Origin: Candidatus Binatia bacterium
GTDB lineage: Bacteria > Desulfobacterota > Binatia > Bin18
NCBI GenBank assembly: GCA_963664395.2
Contig: OY761159.2
Span: forward strand, 4,384,001-4,448,000
Reading direction: 5' to 3'
Length of the DNA: 64,000 nucleotides
Shown in pieces: positions 49,812-61,060 of the stretch. The notes below the pieces were generated by a model, which did not search any database, was not told where the DNA came from, and worked only from the letters and a program-made list of their open reading frames with translations. A program made the translations under genes and the position numbers. The stretch's first letter is position 1. The number at the start of each line of letters is the position of its first letter.

Positions 49812-52258
49812 CTATATTTTTATCCGTTTGTTCTCCGGGTCGTAGAAAGGACGCAACGAAGCCCGAGCCGGAATACGACGGCCCGCGACCTCTATTTCAT
49901 ACCGACCCGACTGAATGTATTCGGGCGTGACGCCATCAGCATGATTGACGTACCCCAGGCCAATGGCTGCGCCCAGGGTATGGCCGAACATACCGGAGGT
50001 AATAAAGCCGACAATTTCATTATCCCGCCAAATCGGTTCGTTGTGGTAGAGCAATGCCTCCGGGTCTTCTAGCGCAAATTGGACGAGCCGCTTTTTGACG
50101 CCGTTATGGTGTTGCTCCAGCAGGACTTCTCGGCCTAAGAAAGAGTCCTTATTCAGCCGAACGGCAAACCCTAGCCCGGCTTCGAGCGGTGTGTCTTCGT
50201 CAGCCACGTCGTGTCCCCAGTGACGATAGCCTTTTTCTATGCGTAAGGAATTGAGCGCATGATAGCCGCAGTGTTGAAGTGATACGGCTTTGCCGGCTTG
50301 CGTGATGGCGTCGTAGACTGAAAGAGCGAATTCGGTCGGGATGTGCAGCTCCCAGCCCAGTTCACCCACATAGGTAATACGGATGGCACGCAGGGTCGCA
50401 TCGGCAAAGTCGATTTCCTGTGAGCTAGCAAACGGGAAGGCTTGATTGGAGAGGTCCGCATCAGTCAATGTGCTCAGGAGCGTCACGGGAATGCGGACCC
50501 ATGACGCTCAGCACTGCGTAGGCTGAGGTGACGTCAATGAGAAAAGCGTATTCGTCCGCAGTAATATGCGACTGTATGTATGAAAAACGTTTTTGTCTGC
50601 GTGGCCGCGGCATCCACGATATAGAAGCCATCCGGGGCTAGGCGAGTGATGGTCACATCGGCCTCGATTCCTCCCCGCTCATTCAGCACTTGGGTGTAGA
50701 CAACCTTCCCTGGCGCAACGTCAATCTGGTTCCCGCAAATGCGATTGAGCACGCTCACCGCATCCTTCCCCTGGAGGAGAAACTTGCTGAAAGAGGTTTG
50801 GTCGAACAGACCGACGTTCTCACGCACGGCTCTGTGCTCAGCCGCCGAATGGGTAAACCAGTTTTGTTTGCCGTACGAATATTGGTACGTGGGTGTCACA
50901 CCCGGAGGAGCAAACCAATTAGCGCGCTCCCAGCCGGCGACTTCCCCAAAACACGCCCCCTGGCTCACCAACCGGTCGTGCAGCGGCGACATGCGTACGT
51001 TACGGCTTGTTTCATACTGCCGGAACGGCCAGTGCATATCATATAAGAGACCAAGTGTTTCCGAGACCCGTTTTTCCAAATAGCGTCGATTGTTCTGAAA
51101 GGGTCGATTGCGCCGAATATCAACGTCCCACAGGTCCAGCGGCGGATGGCCGTGCGCAATCCATTCTGCCAGGACCTTCCCGGCCCCACCGGAAGACTGA
51201 ATGCCGATAGAGTTAAAGCCAGCGGCAACATAGAAATTCTTGAGCTCGGGTGCCTCGCCCAAATGGTAGCGATCATCTGGAGTGAAACTTTCGGGTCCGT
51301 TGAGGAAGAGTTTGATACCCGCAGTCTCCAATGCTGGCAGCCGGTGCATCGCCTTATTGAATACATCCTCCAGATGCTCCCAGTCTTCACCAAAAGTGCC
51401 AAACGCAAAATCTTCAGGAATGGCTTCGCCTCCCCTGCCCCACGGCTTGGCCTGGAGTTCAAAGAAACCGGCCAGGACACAGCCGACTTCTTCCTTGAAA
51501 TACGTTGCACTCCCAGGGTCGCGTAGCGTCGGCAAGCCGGAGGCCAGACCATCAACCTGATCGGTCACAACATAAAAATGTTCCGCCGCGTGGAGAGGAA
51601 TACTGACCCCGGCCAGGCGACCGACTTGCCGTGCCCACATACCGGCGCAGTTGACTACATATTCAGACTGGATGTCGCCGTATTCGGTCGAAACTCCGCT
51701 GACTTGGCCGTCTTTTTGGTGAATGCCTGTCACCTTCACATTCTCGAAAATCCGGGCGCCGCGCATTTTGGCACCCTTGGCATATGCCTGGGTGGTATCG
51801 GTAGGGTTCGTCTGCCCGTCGCCGGGCAAATACACCGCCCCCACCAAGTCTGAGGCATTCATGAGTGGCCACAGGTCGGCCGCTTCCCGTGGGGTAATGA
51901 CTTCAACCTCAAGCCCAAAGCATTTTGCCATGGACGCGCCGCGCCGGAGTTCCTCAAAACGCTCGGCATTATTGGCGATGGATACGGAGCCGGTCTGCTT
52001 GAAGCCGGTCGCCTGGCCGGTTTCGGCTTCGAGCTCCTGCAAGAGCGTACTCGTATACTGGGCGAGTCGGGTCAGATTGTGCGTCGCTCGCAATTGCCCC
52101 ACCAGGCCGGCGGCGTGCCAGGTGGTGCCGCTGGTGAGGCTTTTACGTTCGAGCAGGACCACATCGCTGAGGCCAAGTTTGCAGAGATGATAGGCCACAC
52201 TACAGCCGATTATGCCACCGCCAATGATGACGACCTGCGCATGCGAAGGAAGGTTCAC
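49812..52258 (-). pseudogene. GcvT-family FAD oxidoreductase (dimethylglycine/sarcosine dehydrogenase-like), interrupted by two frameshifts
   Basis: GGGIIG, GTTWHAAG, NGPESFTPD, GWERANWF, YVGELGWE, LRIEKGY; frameshifts near 50585 and 50487. Confidence 0.85.
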
Positions 52259-52312
52259 GCTAAGACGCTCCGTTTCTGTCCTCGTCCACTACAACTGATT
52301 GCCAGGCTCAGC

Positions 52313-53332
52313 CTAATTCCGGTACTCATCTCCACAATCGCCAATGGACTGAAAGAGGTTGTTCGAGTGGCTCAGGAGGCTATGCACACGATCAAGCTCC
52401 CCTGTGTCGAGCGTCATATCAAAAACGCGCGCGGTGTCGGCCCGGTGCTCAGAAACACCCAGCCGGGTGCCAAGAATAACGCCGGCCACGCGAGGTTTGG
52501 TAAGGATGTAATGGGTGGCGATATTAGCGATGCTGACTGCATTCTTCTCGGCAATATCCTTGAGACAGCCCAACAGCTCTTGGAAGAGTTGCCACCCACC
52601 CCAGGCATCGATCATCTGTTTATATTTCTGAAGGCTGGCTGTCTTCAGCGACTCCCGGCCCGGCTCACGCCGGCCAAGAAACTGTTCAGACAGCAGCCCG
52701 CCGCACACTGTCCCATAGGTCAGCAACTGGATGTCATGCGCTTGGCAAAACGGGATCATCTCGATCTCTGGTCGGCGGTCAATCAGGGAGAACTGGACTT
52801 GATTGGAAACGATTGTGATGTCGTGCTCGGTAATGATTCTGAGATGCTCAGTATCGAAGTTGGTCAAGGCAAGATGGCGAATCTTGCCTTCTTCTTTGAG
52901 ATCGGAGAGGTGTTTGAGTGCATCCAAATAGCGTTTGTCGCTGTAGTCCCACCAGTGAAACTGCAAGAGATCAAGCGTCTCCACATCCATGCGACGTAAA
53001 GAGATGTCGATATTGTGCTCTACCACCTCGCGTGTCATGCGCCCAGGGCGCGGGACCCATTTGGTAAAGGCTTGGATGCTAGGGAGTGCTTCAGTACCGC
53101 GCGACTTCGCGAGCTGACGCCGGAAATCGCCCATAAAATCTTCAGCCGGGCCATAGTGATCAGCAAGATCCCACGAGGTGAAGCCAGTCTCATGATAGTC
53201 AAACATCTCCCGGACCGCGGCTTGGGGATTAATGCGCCCGTGCCCTCCAGACACCTGCCATAAGCCGTTAAGAATACGACAGATGCTGAGATCCTGAGTA
53301 AATTGTAAACGACTCGATTGTGGCAGGCCCAC
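52313..53332 (-). CDS. Aldo/keto reductase
   Basis: GLWQ, DLADHYG, LDLLQFHWW, NQVQFSLIDRR. Confidence 0.9.
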   Translation of the reverse strand: MGLPQSSRLQFTQDLSICRILNGLWQVSGGHGRINPQAAVREMFDYHETGFTSWDLADHYGPAEDFMGDFRRQLAKSRGTEALPSIQAFTKWVPRPGRMTREVVEHNIDISLRRMDVETLDLLQFHWWDYSDKRYLDALKHLSDLKEEGKIRHLALTNFDTEHLRIITEHDITIVSNQVQFSLIDRRPEIEMIPFCQAHDIQLLTYGTVCGGLLSEQFLGRREPGRESLKTASLQKYKQMIDAWGGWQLFQELLGCLKDIAEKNAVSIANIATHYILTKPRVAGVILGTRLGVSEHRADTARVFDMTLDTGELDRVHSLLSHSNNLFQSIGDCGDEYRN

Positions 53333-53494
53333 GGCAAAGCCTCCTCATAGACTGATTGGCGGAGTTGGCGAATTCAATCGTATGCCACAATGTGGCAGCC
53401 GTCCAGAAAAATGTTCCGGACGAAATATTCGAGAGGGAATGAGTCAGAAAACGTTGGAGACCCACAGTAGCAAATCCTGGAGCGGTGTGCACAT

Positions 53495-54406
53495 TCACCC
53501 CAGCAGAATAATCCCTATCCCGATAATGACGAGGGCAATACCCGGGATTTGACGCCAGACTTCTTGTTCACGCCAGAGAAGGAGCGCCAGCCCAATCGCC
53601 GCCACGGCTTCAATCTGAGCAACCGCCTTGGCGTACACCACCAGGGTCAGCGAGTATGACCAAAAGGCACAGATGCTGCCGCCAAAACTCGTGGCGCCGA
53701 TGAGCGACATTCGGCGCCAGTGGGTTGTAATATTGTGTAATCCATCGCGTTGCCACCGCCACAGTACGGCCGTTAGGATAACGACCTCCATCCAGGTAGT
53801 ATGAAAAACAGCGTAAACGGCGGCCTCAAATCGACTGGTTCCAAAGTGGGGGTTCAGGGCCGCAAACTCCGCGGTGGCCTCTTTCAACATGAAACTGGCG
53901 AGCATAAGAAAGACCGCACACCCAACCGCGAGTAAGGCCCCCAGGTCAAAATGCACTGCCCGCCGCCAGCCCTCGGGTCCGCCCGCTTTGCCGAGATTCA
54001 TCAGCATCACACCCAGGCTGGAAGCGCTAATACCGACCCAGCCGAAGGCCGATGGATTTTCTGCAAAAAACACCACCCCACACAAGGCAGTGAAGAGCAC
54101 CTCCAATTTGTGCAAGACAATGGCCTGCGCAAAATTGGTATGCTGAAAGGCGGAGACAAGGGCGATGTTGGCAAGAATCTGGGTGACACCAGTCAAAAAG
54201 CAATACCAATAGAAGGCGAACGAAAGCTGCGGTACCCCGCTCGATAGCATCAGCATGAGCACGGCAGGACCTGAGAACGGCAAATTGAAGGCAAAACGCG
54301 CCCAGCTGATAAGGACGGGAGAAACCCGGCCGGACAACGTCCGCGCCAGCGCGTTCCGCAGGGTCAAAAAAACGCCGGCGGCAATTGAAATTTCAACCCA
54401 GGTCAC
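53495..54406 (-). CDS. DMT/EamA-family transporter
   Basis: About 10 TM helices with a two-repeat layout, 303 aa. Confidence 0.75.
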   Translation of the reverse strand: MTWVEISIAAGVFLTLRNALARTLSGRVSPVLISWARFAFNLPFSGPAVLMLMLSSGVPQLSFAFYWYCFLTGVTQILANIALVSAFQHTNFAQAIVLHKLEVLFTALCGVVFFAENPSAFGWVGISASSLGVMLMNLGKAGGPEGWRRAVHFDLGALLAVGCAVFLMLASFMLKEATAEFAALNPHFGTSRFEAAVYAVFHTTWMEVVILTAVLWRWQRDGLHNITTHWRRMSLIGATSFGGSICAFWSYSLTLVVYAKAVAQIEAVAAIGLALLLWREQEVWRQIPGIALVIIGIGIILLG

Positions 54407-54418
54407 GCGGTGATGCCA

Positions 54419-54709
54419 TTAACGATCGGTGTGGCCCAGGTTCCGGTGCGGAGCGACTTTATCTCGGATGGATTGTTTGAGGACTTTGATTTCAGGAAAG
54501 CTGCTCTTTTCTTGGCGAGACCATATCAGTTCATCGTCCAGCCGGATTTCAAAGATACCACTTCGACCCGGAACCAACGCCACCTCACCCAGTTCATCCG
54601 GGAAAGTGGTGAGTAGTTCTTGCGCCATCCAGCCCGCCCGCAAGAGCCAACGACATAAAGAGGAAACGTGCGTACAATAGACGATCTCGACACGCGGCTG
54701 CTGAGGCAT
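54419..54709 (-). CDS. SelT/SelW/SelH (Rdx) family protein, Cys form with expanded motif
   Basis: EIVYC...CRWLLRAGWMAQELLTTF, LVPG..GIFEI, FPEIKVLKQ..RD, LGH. Confidence 0.9.
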   Translation of the reverse strand: MPQQPRVEIVYCTHVSSLCRWLLRAGWMAQELLTTFPDELGEVALVPGRSGIFEIRLDDELIWSRQEKSSFPEIKVLKQSIRDKVAPHRNLGHTDR

Positions 54710-54720
54710 TCTTCCCGAAC

Positions 54721-55257
54721 CTACTCTGTTTGACTTTCGACTTTTTGACTTTCGATCTCAACCACAGCCGTTATCGGCGCGATGATATCCACGGTTTCAA
54801 ACAGGTTCATGAGGTGGCGGGTATTGGCCCCTAAATCGCCCCAGCCGACACGCGAGGCAGAACGCGCGAAGAGCGTACTCCGCTCCTCCCCGTCAGCCTC
54901 GACCCAGATAGTGACATCGTCCTTGAACTTAATGATTTTAGTGGTCACCACGGCTTCTATTTTCCGCGCTTCAGGGTCAACCGTGCTTGACTCCCAGTGG
55001 AGCGCATCGGCTGCCCGGCGGGCAACATCAAACATCAAAGCCGCCGGCGCTGCATACGTGCGTGGCCGGAGTTCGGGAAAGGCGGTGTCTGGTGTTGTCT
55101 CCACAACATTCGTTGTCAGATAGGTCATCAGCCGGGTTCCCATCCCTGGTGGATCACTCCACGGCAGATCATTAGAAATAAGCCCGGCAGCCAGGAGAGA
55201 CGCCCACACCACGGCCAGAAAAAAAATAAACTGCAAGAGTCCGCTCATAAATCGCAT
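54721..55257 (-). CDS. DUF1499-family protein
   Basis: N-terminal TM, FKDDV, RSASRVG.GDLGAN. Confidence 0.85.
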   Translation of the reverse strand: MRFMSGLLQFIFFLAVVWASLLAAGLISNDLPWSDPPGMGTRLMTYLTTNVVETTPDTAFPELRPRTYAAPAALMFDVARRAADALHWESSTVDPEARKIEAVVTTKIIKFKDDVTIWVEADGEERSTLFARSASRVGWGDLGANTRHLMNLFETVDIIAPITAVVEIESQKVESQTE

Positions 55258-55298
55258 AACCCCCTCCCATCAGGCCTGTCTCATCACACGAATCACAG

Positions 55299-57362
55299 TC
55301 AATCCTGCATAATCAGGGGCCGTAGCTCTTCCCAGCTTGTGACCGGCAAGGAACAGACAAAATTATGACAGACATAGGCGGTCAGCTTGTCATCAATTCG
55401 CGTCTTGCCTGCGAGTAATCCAGGCACACCGCGCTGCGGCGGCTGGGCCGGGTCGAAACACAGCAGCGTCTTATTGGGAATAAAGCTCGCATGGATGTTG
55501 TGCAGCAGCGCGGTGGTTTCAGAGGCGGTCGGGTCTCCCAGGAGCACGATTTCCTGGGGCCGGCGCAGGTAAAAGTCCAGCCCGCACAGCATATTGCTGA
55601 AACCGAATGGATTTTGCTCCAGGGCATCGTAGAACAGCCGCAAGAGCATTTCCGCCTTGGTCAGATAGTCTTGCTTCTCAGTCGCATAATAGAGACGCAG
55701 CAGGACGGAAACGGCCACTGAATTCCCTGACGGAACAGACCCGTCAAAAGCTGACTTAGAGCGGCTAATCAGCGCTTCATGGTCTGAACTGGTAAAAAAG
55801 AACCCGCCTTCTTGCGCATCCCAAAAGCGTGCCAGCAGCACGTCAGTAAAGGCCACTGCCCTGTCCAGATATTCTGGCTCAAAGGTCGCTTCATACACAT
55901 CGAGTAAGGCCGCGCTGAAACAGGCGTAGTCGTCAAGATAGGCGTTGAATTTGGCTTGCCCGTCCTTATAGCTACGCAGTAAGCGGCCCTCACGACACAG
56001 AGCGGTCTGAACAAAATGGATACTGCGCCGAGCAACTTCGAGATAGCCGGGATGGCCCAACACCTTATACGCCTCGGCAAAAGCCGAAATCATGAGTCCG
56101 TTCCAACTGGTCAGGATTTTATCATCGCGGCCAGGTTTCACACGCTGTTCGCGGACGGCGAAGAGTGTGTCTTTAGCGCGGGCGATCAACTGCGTTGTTT
56201 CGTCCACATCACGCTGAAAGAGTCTGGCCAGTTGTGCCATTTCCAGCGTGGGATGGAGGATGTTCTTGTGCTCGAAATTTCCGACATCCGTGACATCGTA
56301 ATAGCGACAGAATATCTCCCCCACATCGTCGCCCAATATCCGCATCACTTCGTCCTGGTCCCAAACAAAGAACTTACCTTCCACGCCTTCCGAGTCGGCA
56401 TCCTGGGTTGAGTAAAATCCCCCCTCCGGGCTCATCATCTCCCGCTCAACATAGGCCAGAATCTCCTCTACAACCTGCCGAAAGAAGGGGTCTCCGCTGG
56501 TCTGGTAGCCTTCAAGATAGAGCCGAGCCAGGAGTGCATTGTCGTACAACATCTTCTCAAAATGGGGCACCAGCCAGCGCTCGTCGACCGAGTAGCGGTG
56601 AAAGCCACCCCCGAGATGGTCGTACATTCCACCTTGAGCCATTTTGCGCAGCGTATGCGTGGTCATGTTCAGATAGCGCTGATTGCCGGTTGCGTATGCC
56701 TGGCGCAAAAACAGCGAAAAAACAGACGAGTTCGGAAATTTGGGGGCCTGGCCTATCCCCCCGTGCGTCTCATCATAGTGTTGGGCGAGCCCTTCAGCCG
56801 TCTTCTCTAACACCGAGACATCAAGGGGCCGCGTCGTTTGTTGACGCTGGGCAAGTTGCTCAAGCCGGGACAGAATCTCGGCTGTCGATTTTGCGACATC
56901 CGCGGGTTTTTCTCGATAGGCTTGGGCGATACCCGCCAGGACTCGCGGAAACGCAGGAATATTATGGCGATCCTCAGGCGGGAAATATGTTCCCCCATAG
57001 AACGGCTTCCCGTCCGGCGTGAGAAACACCGTCATCGGCCAGCCGCCGCGGCCGGTCAGCATCTGCACCGCATTCATATAGATTTCGTCAACATCCGGGC
57101 GTTCTTCCCGGTCAACCTTGATATTGACGAACAACCTGTTCATGAGTCCGGCGATCTGTTCGTTCTCAAAGGACTCGTGCTCCATGACATGACACCAGTG
57201 GCACGCAGAATAGCCGACGCTCAGCAGAATCGGTTTGTCTTCAGCCTTGGCTTTGACAAAGGCATCCTCGCCCCAAGGGTACCAGTCCACCGGGTTGTGC
57301 GCGTGTTGGAGCAAGTAGGGACTGGTCTCTGTCGCTAAACGGTTGGTGAATTTTTCCGGCAT
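55299..57362 (-). CDS. Thioredoxin-domain YyaL/SSP411 (DUF255) family protein
   Basis: [47 protein letters not shown]. Confidence 0.95.
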   Translation of the reverse strand: MPEKFTNRLATETSPYLLQHAHNPVDWYPWGEDAFVKAKAEDKPILLSVGYSACHWCHVMEHESFENEQIAGLMNRLFVNIKVDREERPDVDEIYMNAVQMLTGRGGWPMTVFLTPDGKPFYGGTYFPPEDRHNIPAFPRVLAGIAQAYREKPADVAKSTAEILSRLEQLAQRQQTTRPLDVSVLEKTAEGLAQHYDETHGGIGQAPKFPNSSVFSLFLRQAYATGNQRYLNMTTHTLRKMAQGGMYDHLGGGFHRYSVDERWLVPHFEKMLYDNALLARLYLEGYQTSGDPFFRQVVEEILAYVEREMMSPEGGFYSTQDADSEGVEGKFFVWDQDEVMRILGDDVGEIFCRYYDVTDVGNFEHKNILHPTLEMAQLARLFQRDVDETTQLIARAKDTLFAVREQRVKPGRDDKILTSWNGLMISAFAEAYKVLGHPGYLEVARRSIHFVQTALCREGRLLRSYKDGQAKFNAYLDDYACFSAALLDVYEATFEPEYLDRAVAFTDVLLARFWDAQEGGFFFTSSDHEALISRSKSAFDGSVPSGNSVAVSVLLRLYYATEKQDYLTKAEMLLRLFYDALEQNPFGFSNMLCGLDFYLRRPQEIVLLGDPTASETTALLHNIHASFIPNKTLLCFDPAQPPQRGVPGLLAGKTRIDDKLTAYVCHNFVCSLPVTSWEELRPLIMQD

Positions 57363-57385
57363 GAACACCTGTCTCTTCTTGCTGC

Positions 57386-58693
57386 CTATATATGATAAAT
57401 TCGCTCAGCTTCCCTTCTCAGGTCCGGCTGAAAATCAGGATGGGCAACCTCCAGGAGCGTGGCTGCGCGCTGCTTGAGGGACTTGCCTCTGAGTTCGGCA
57501 ATTCCGAATTCGGTCACCACATAATCAACAAATGCCCGCTGCGCAGTCACTACGCTGCCAGGCTCAAGCATGGGCGCAATCCGTGACACGCGGCGGCCGT
57601 TGACCATGGCACTCGACGGCGTGACGATCACCGACCGACCCGGATTACAGTACGCAGCCGTGATGGTAAAAATCGTCTGGCCACCCGTTCCGGTGTACAT
57701 GAACGGACCGAACGACTCGGAGCAGGCCTGTCCGCCCAGGTCCACGGCCAGGGCGTTATTGACGGCAACGTAATTCTCTTGATTGACCAGCAGGCGTAAA
57801 TCATCCGTATAGGTGAAGTCATAAAACTCAAAGTTCGGGTTGCCATCAATAATCGATAATTCATCCGGAAACACACCGACACCGGCGCTGGCAACGACTT
57901 TTCCGGGGTTCACCGTCTTGTACTTACCGGTAATAACACCTTCCTTCACCAGACGCGCAATGCCAGCGGGAATGACCTCAGTGTGAATGCCCAGATCATT
58001 TTTATTGCCTAAATACATACCGAGCGGGGAGGAAACGCTGCCTAAACCGATTTGGACGGTATCGCCATCGTGAATGAGTTCGTTGGCCACCAGGGTGCAG
58101 ATGACCTCCGTCATTGCGACTTCTTCTTCGCTGCGTTGCGTTGCCGGAAGTTCAGGCGCTGGTGTCGTAGGTTCCACAAAATGGTCGATCTCAGACACAT
58201 GAATATAATTCTCACCGCCGGTTCGGATAAAGCCTTCGTGCACCTCGGCCACCACTGTCCGCGCCGCGGCAGCCATGGTTTTAGACATGAACAGGCCATG
58301 CCCAAAACTGCAATAGCCATGTTTGTCAGGCACGGAAACCGGGGTCATATACACGTCGCAGACAATGCCCGGCGGCAGTTCGCCGCGGCGGTAGTACATC
58401 ACCGGAATGAAGTCCATATTATCTTTGCCCATGAGCGGGCGGGTGGTAACGCCCAGGTAGGGCGTTTGAATGGTGAAGGCCCGCTCTACGCCGGGTTGGT
58501 CCCAGTCAAAGAGCGGGCCTATGGTGCCAATTTTCACATCGCGCAGTTCTTCTTTACGTGCGAGAAGGGCGTCGCACAGCGAGAGCGGGGTTGCGTGTAG
58601 CCAGTTGTACTGCACTGAGTCGCCATTGCGTACACACCGTACAGCCTCTTGAGCAGAGACAAGCTTGTCACCACATTGATCACGCCAATTCAT
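57386..58693 (-). CDS. Acetyl-CoA hydrolase / 4-hydroxybutyrate CoA-transferase family
   Basis: [40 protein letters not shown]. Confidence 0.9.
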   Translation of the reverse strand: MNWRDQCGDKLVSAQEAVRCVRNGDSVQYNWLHATPLSLCDALLARKEELRDVKIGTIGPLFDWDQPGVERAFTIQTPYLGVTTRPLMGKDNMDFIPVMYYRRGELPPGIVCDVYMTPVSVPDKHGYCSFGHGLFMSKTMAAAARTVVAEVHEGFIRTGGENYIHVSEIDHFVEPTTPAPELPATQRSEEEVAMTEVICTLVANELIHDGDTVQIGLGSVSSPLGMYLGNKNDLGIHTEVIPAGIARLVKEGVITGKYKTVNPGKVVASAGVGVFPDELSIIDGNPNFEFYDFTYTDDLRLLVNQENYVAVNNALAVDLGGQACSESFGPFMYTGTGGQTIFTITAAYCNPGRSVIVTPSSAMVNGRRVSRIAPMLEPGSVVTAQRAFVDYVVTEFGIAELRGKSLKQRAATLLEVAHPDFQPDLRREAERIYHI

Positions 58694-58845
58694 ACTCCCT
58701 CCTGAACAAAAGAAGGTACCTGTATCTTTGGCCGGAGCATAAACCAGGCGGGTCAAGAAAGCAAAGTCAATCTACGCCGCGTCGACCATTTCGTTGAGCA
58801 CGACTCCCAGGTATGGTAGAGATCACGGTACGATAAGGAGGCAGT

Positions 58846-59082
58846 ATGGATATTCGGATTGAATATTGTGCGGCGTGAAGCTATGAACCGGAAGCCGTCA
58901 GTTTGACGGAATATTTATTGACGCACTACAAACAACAGATTCAGGGACTGACCCTTGTCCCCTATGCCGACGGCCGGTTCGAGGTCGTTGTCGACGGGAC
59001 AAAAATTTACTCCAAGCTCGAAACCGGCGTCTTTCCTGACAACAATGAAGTCCAAGCCGCACTGGAAAAGCAGGCAGCATAA
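58846..59082 (+). CDS. SelW/Rdx-family selenoprotein (CxxU), 78 aa, missed by the ORF track
   Basis: AAGGAGG SD; MDIRIEYCAA-TGA-SYEPEAVSL...GRFEVVVDG..IYSKLETGVFPD; in-frame TGA at 58876-58878. Confidence 0.88.
58895..58909 (+). promoter_or_regulatory. Bacterial SECIS-like hairpin
   Basis: CCGTCA-GTT-TGACGG; apical G 23 nt after the UGA. Confidence 0.7.
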
Positions 59083-59108
59083 TCAGACCGTTGAATACAG
59101 GAACACCC

Positions 59109-60134
59109 ATGGAAATTGGTATGTATGCGACCACGCATGGTCTGGCGTATCGAGATGACCAGAATGTCCTTGCGCGTTCCCTTCCCGCGGACCAGCTCCA
59201 TCCGATAGAGACCGCGCAACTCGCCGAACGCTTGGGCTTTCACTCCATGTGGTTTCCAGACCATGTGTGTATGCCCATGGCGTCGGAAAGCGAGCATGTC
59301 GCCAATACGTCAGGCAGTCGCGCCTACGAGCCGCGGCATACCATGTTCGATGCCGCTGTGGTGATGGGAGCTGTTGCCCACACGACGACCCGCCTCAAGC
59401 TCGGAACCAGTGTATTAATTGCCCCCTATCGCAATCCGCTCAGCGACGCCCGCCAATTTGCGACCATAGATCAGCTCTCGAATGGACGGCTGCTGTTCGG
59501 CGTTGGTGCAGGCTGGATGCAAGAGGAGTTTGCCGCAATTGGTATCCCCTATGCCGAACGCGGCCCTCGGACGGACGAGTGTATTCGGGTCTACAAACAC
59601 TCGTGGACTGACGATATCGTCAGCTACCAAGGCCGATTCTATCAGTTTGAAGCTCTCTCTATGGACCCTAAGCCGGTGCAACAGCCACCACCGATCATCT
59701 ATGGTGGTGTCACGCCTGGTGGCGCCCGAAGAGCAGCGCAGTTGTGTGATGGATTTTATCCGATCTTTCTCGATCCCTTTGCGCGGCCTGACCGTTACAC
59801 AAAAGAACAAGCGGTGATCCGAAAAGAGCTGGATGGAATCGACCGCCCGCACGATGAGTTTATCATGATGGGCCTGAGTTCTGCCCGTATAACGTCGTCC
59901 GCTGATCCTCTCAGCACAGAGAATCCACGCCGCGTCTGTACAGGCACAGCCGAACAAATCCTCGAAGACCTCCAAGGCTTTGCCAAAGAGGGCTACGGGC
60001 TCGTGGTGTATTTCTTTGACTGTCCGTCCGGGCAGTTGTCAGAACTCGAAGACCAAATGCAGCAGTTTAGCGCAAGCGTTATCCCTGAGGCCAAGAACAT
60101 CCAGCCGCAAGGAGGCTGGAAAACAGCCCCCTAA
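59109..60134 (+). CDS. LLM-class F420-dependent oxidoreductase
   Basis: GFHSMWFPDHV, LGTSVLIAPYRNP, LSNGRLLFGVGAGW, PKPVQ. Confidence 0.9.
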   Translation: MEIGMYATTHGLAYRDDQNVLARSLPADQLHPIETAQLAERLGFHSMWFPDHVCMPMASESEHVANTSGSRAYEPRHTMFDAAVVMGAVAHTTTRLKLGTSVLIAPYRNPLSDARQFATIDQLSNGRLLFGVGAGWMQEEFAAIGIPYAERGPRTDECIRVYKHSWTDDIVSYQGRFYQFEALSMDPKPVQQPPPIIYGGVTPGGARRAAQLCDGFYPIFLDPFARPDRYTKEQAVIRKELDGIDRPHDEFIMMGLSSARITSSADPLSTENPRRVCTGTAEQILEDLQGFAKEGYGLVVYFFDCPSGQLSELEDQMQQFSASVIPEAKNIQPQGGWKTAP

Positions 60135-60220
60135 GCAGGAATAAAGGGAACCGGCTCCTCTCTTCAGTTCGCCTTTATGAATCTTTTTGCTTGAGTTTTG
60201 CGCCTAGGGCCTTGGCGGTT

Positions 60221-60520
60221 TCAGGCGGTAAGCCGGTCGGGTCCAAGAGCACCCCGTATTGCTCCAGCCAGTGGGTGTGGGCAAGTTGATGCAAGGCAAA
60301 AGATGTTTGCATGGATTGTATGGCCGGACGAAAAATGTGGCCCGTTTGCGGCCAGGATAATCACCTTGACCGTGTCGTCTTGTGCCGCACGGTCAAAGGC
60401 CGCGTTCAATTCATACAGCAGCTTGGTATCCTGCGCGTTTCGTGTCTCCGGTCGGTTCAACACAATGCGTGCCACGTACTCCGCGGGTGTTTCATACAAA
60501 ACAGATTCAAAATCTGACAG
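60221..60520 (-). pseudogene. Truncated enoyl-CoA hydratase fragment
   Basis: IVLNRPETRNA...VKVIILAANGPHFSSGH then divergence; SD followed by CTG rather than ATG; about 70 homologous aa only. Confidence 0.75.
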
Positions 60521-60650
60521 CGCGCCCTCCTTCTTTTCATATTGTGACCACTCTACCCTGTCTTGCGCTTGCCGTGAAGTTTGTGCGGAGAGCCGGTTGG
60601 AGAATGTCCATTTTTGGCGGAATGGATAGTCTCAATATCTCGGAATATTT

Positions 60651-60670
60651 GTTTTTGACTATAGTCTACT
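60651..60670. repeat. Third copy of the family B motif
   Basis: GTTTTTGACTATAGTCTACT matches 9346-9365 at 19/20 positions. Confidence 0.8.
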
Positions 60671-60836
60671 CTATCTTTTTATAGGCTCTACAACTAAACA
60701 AAAAGAGATCCTCAGAGATTACACATTTGACACATTTTCAGAGTAGTTCCATGTGCAAAGAGGCTGTTTTCGCTTGTCCTTTGAGCCCGAGTCTGCCATG
60801 ATTCCAGCAGTCATCTCAATGTAAAGTAGAATACGT

Positions 60837-61019
60837 ATGATCGTTATTGCAGGAACAATCCCGGTCAAGGCCGAACGCTGGAGTGATGCAAAGGCGCTTG
60901 CCGCACACTTTCAGACCGAGCATCTGCAAAATTTCCTAAAAGAAGCTCCGAGCCTGCTGGCGGGAGCACTGGATGCAAAGAAGTATACAGTAGAGAAGTC
61001 CGAAGCATTATCAGTCTGA
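60837..61019 (+). pseudogene. ABM/quinol monooxygenase-like gene with internal in-frame deletion
   Basis: N-terminus MIVIAGTIPVK joined directly to the C-terminal W...ALAAHFQTEH motif; 60 aa versus the typical ~100. Confidence 0.6.
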
Positions 61020-61060
61020 GGATTGGCAGCCAGCGACCCGCTACTGGATTGAAGGCGAGC

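Noticed and set aside
52079-52999. 306-aa plus-strand ORF (and similar long antisense ORFs at 39820-41628)
   Set aside because: Antisense to well-supported genes; expected shadows in GC-rich coding DNA.
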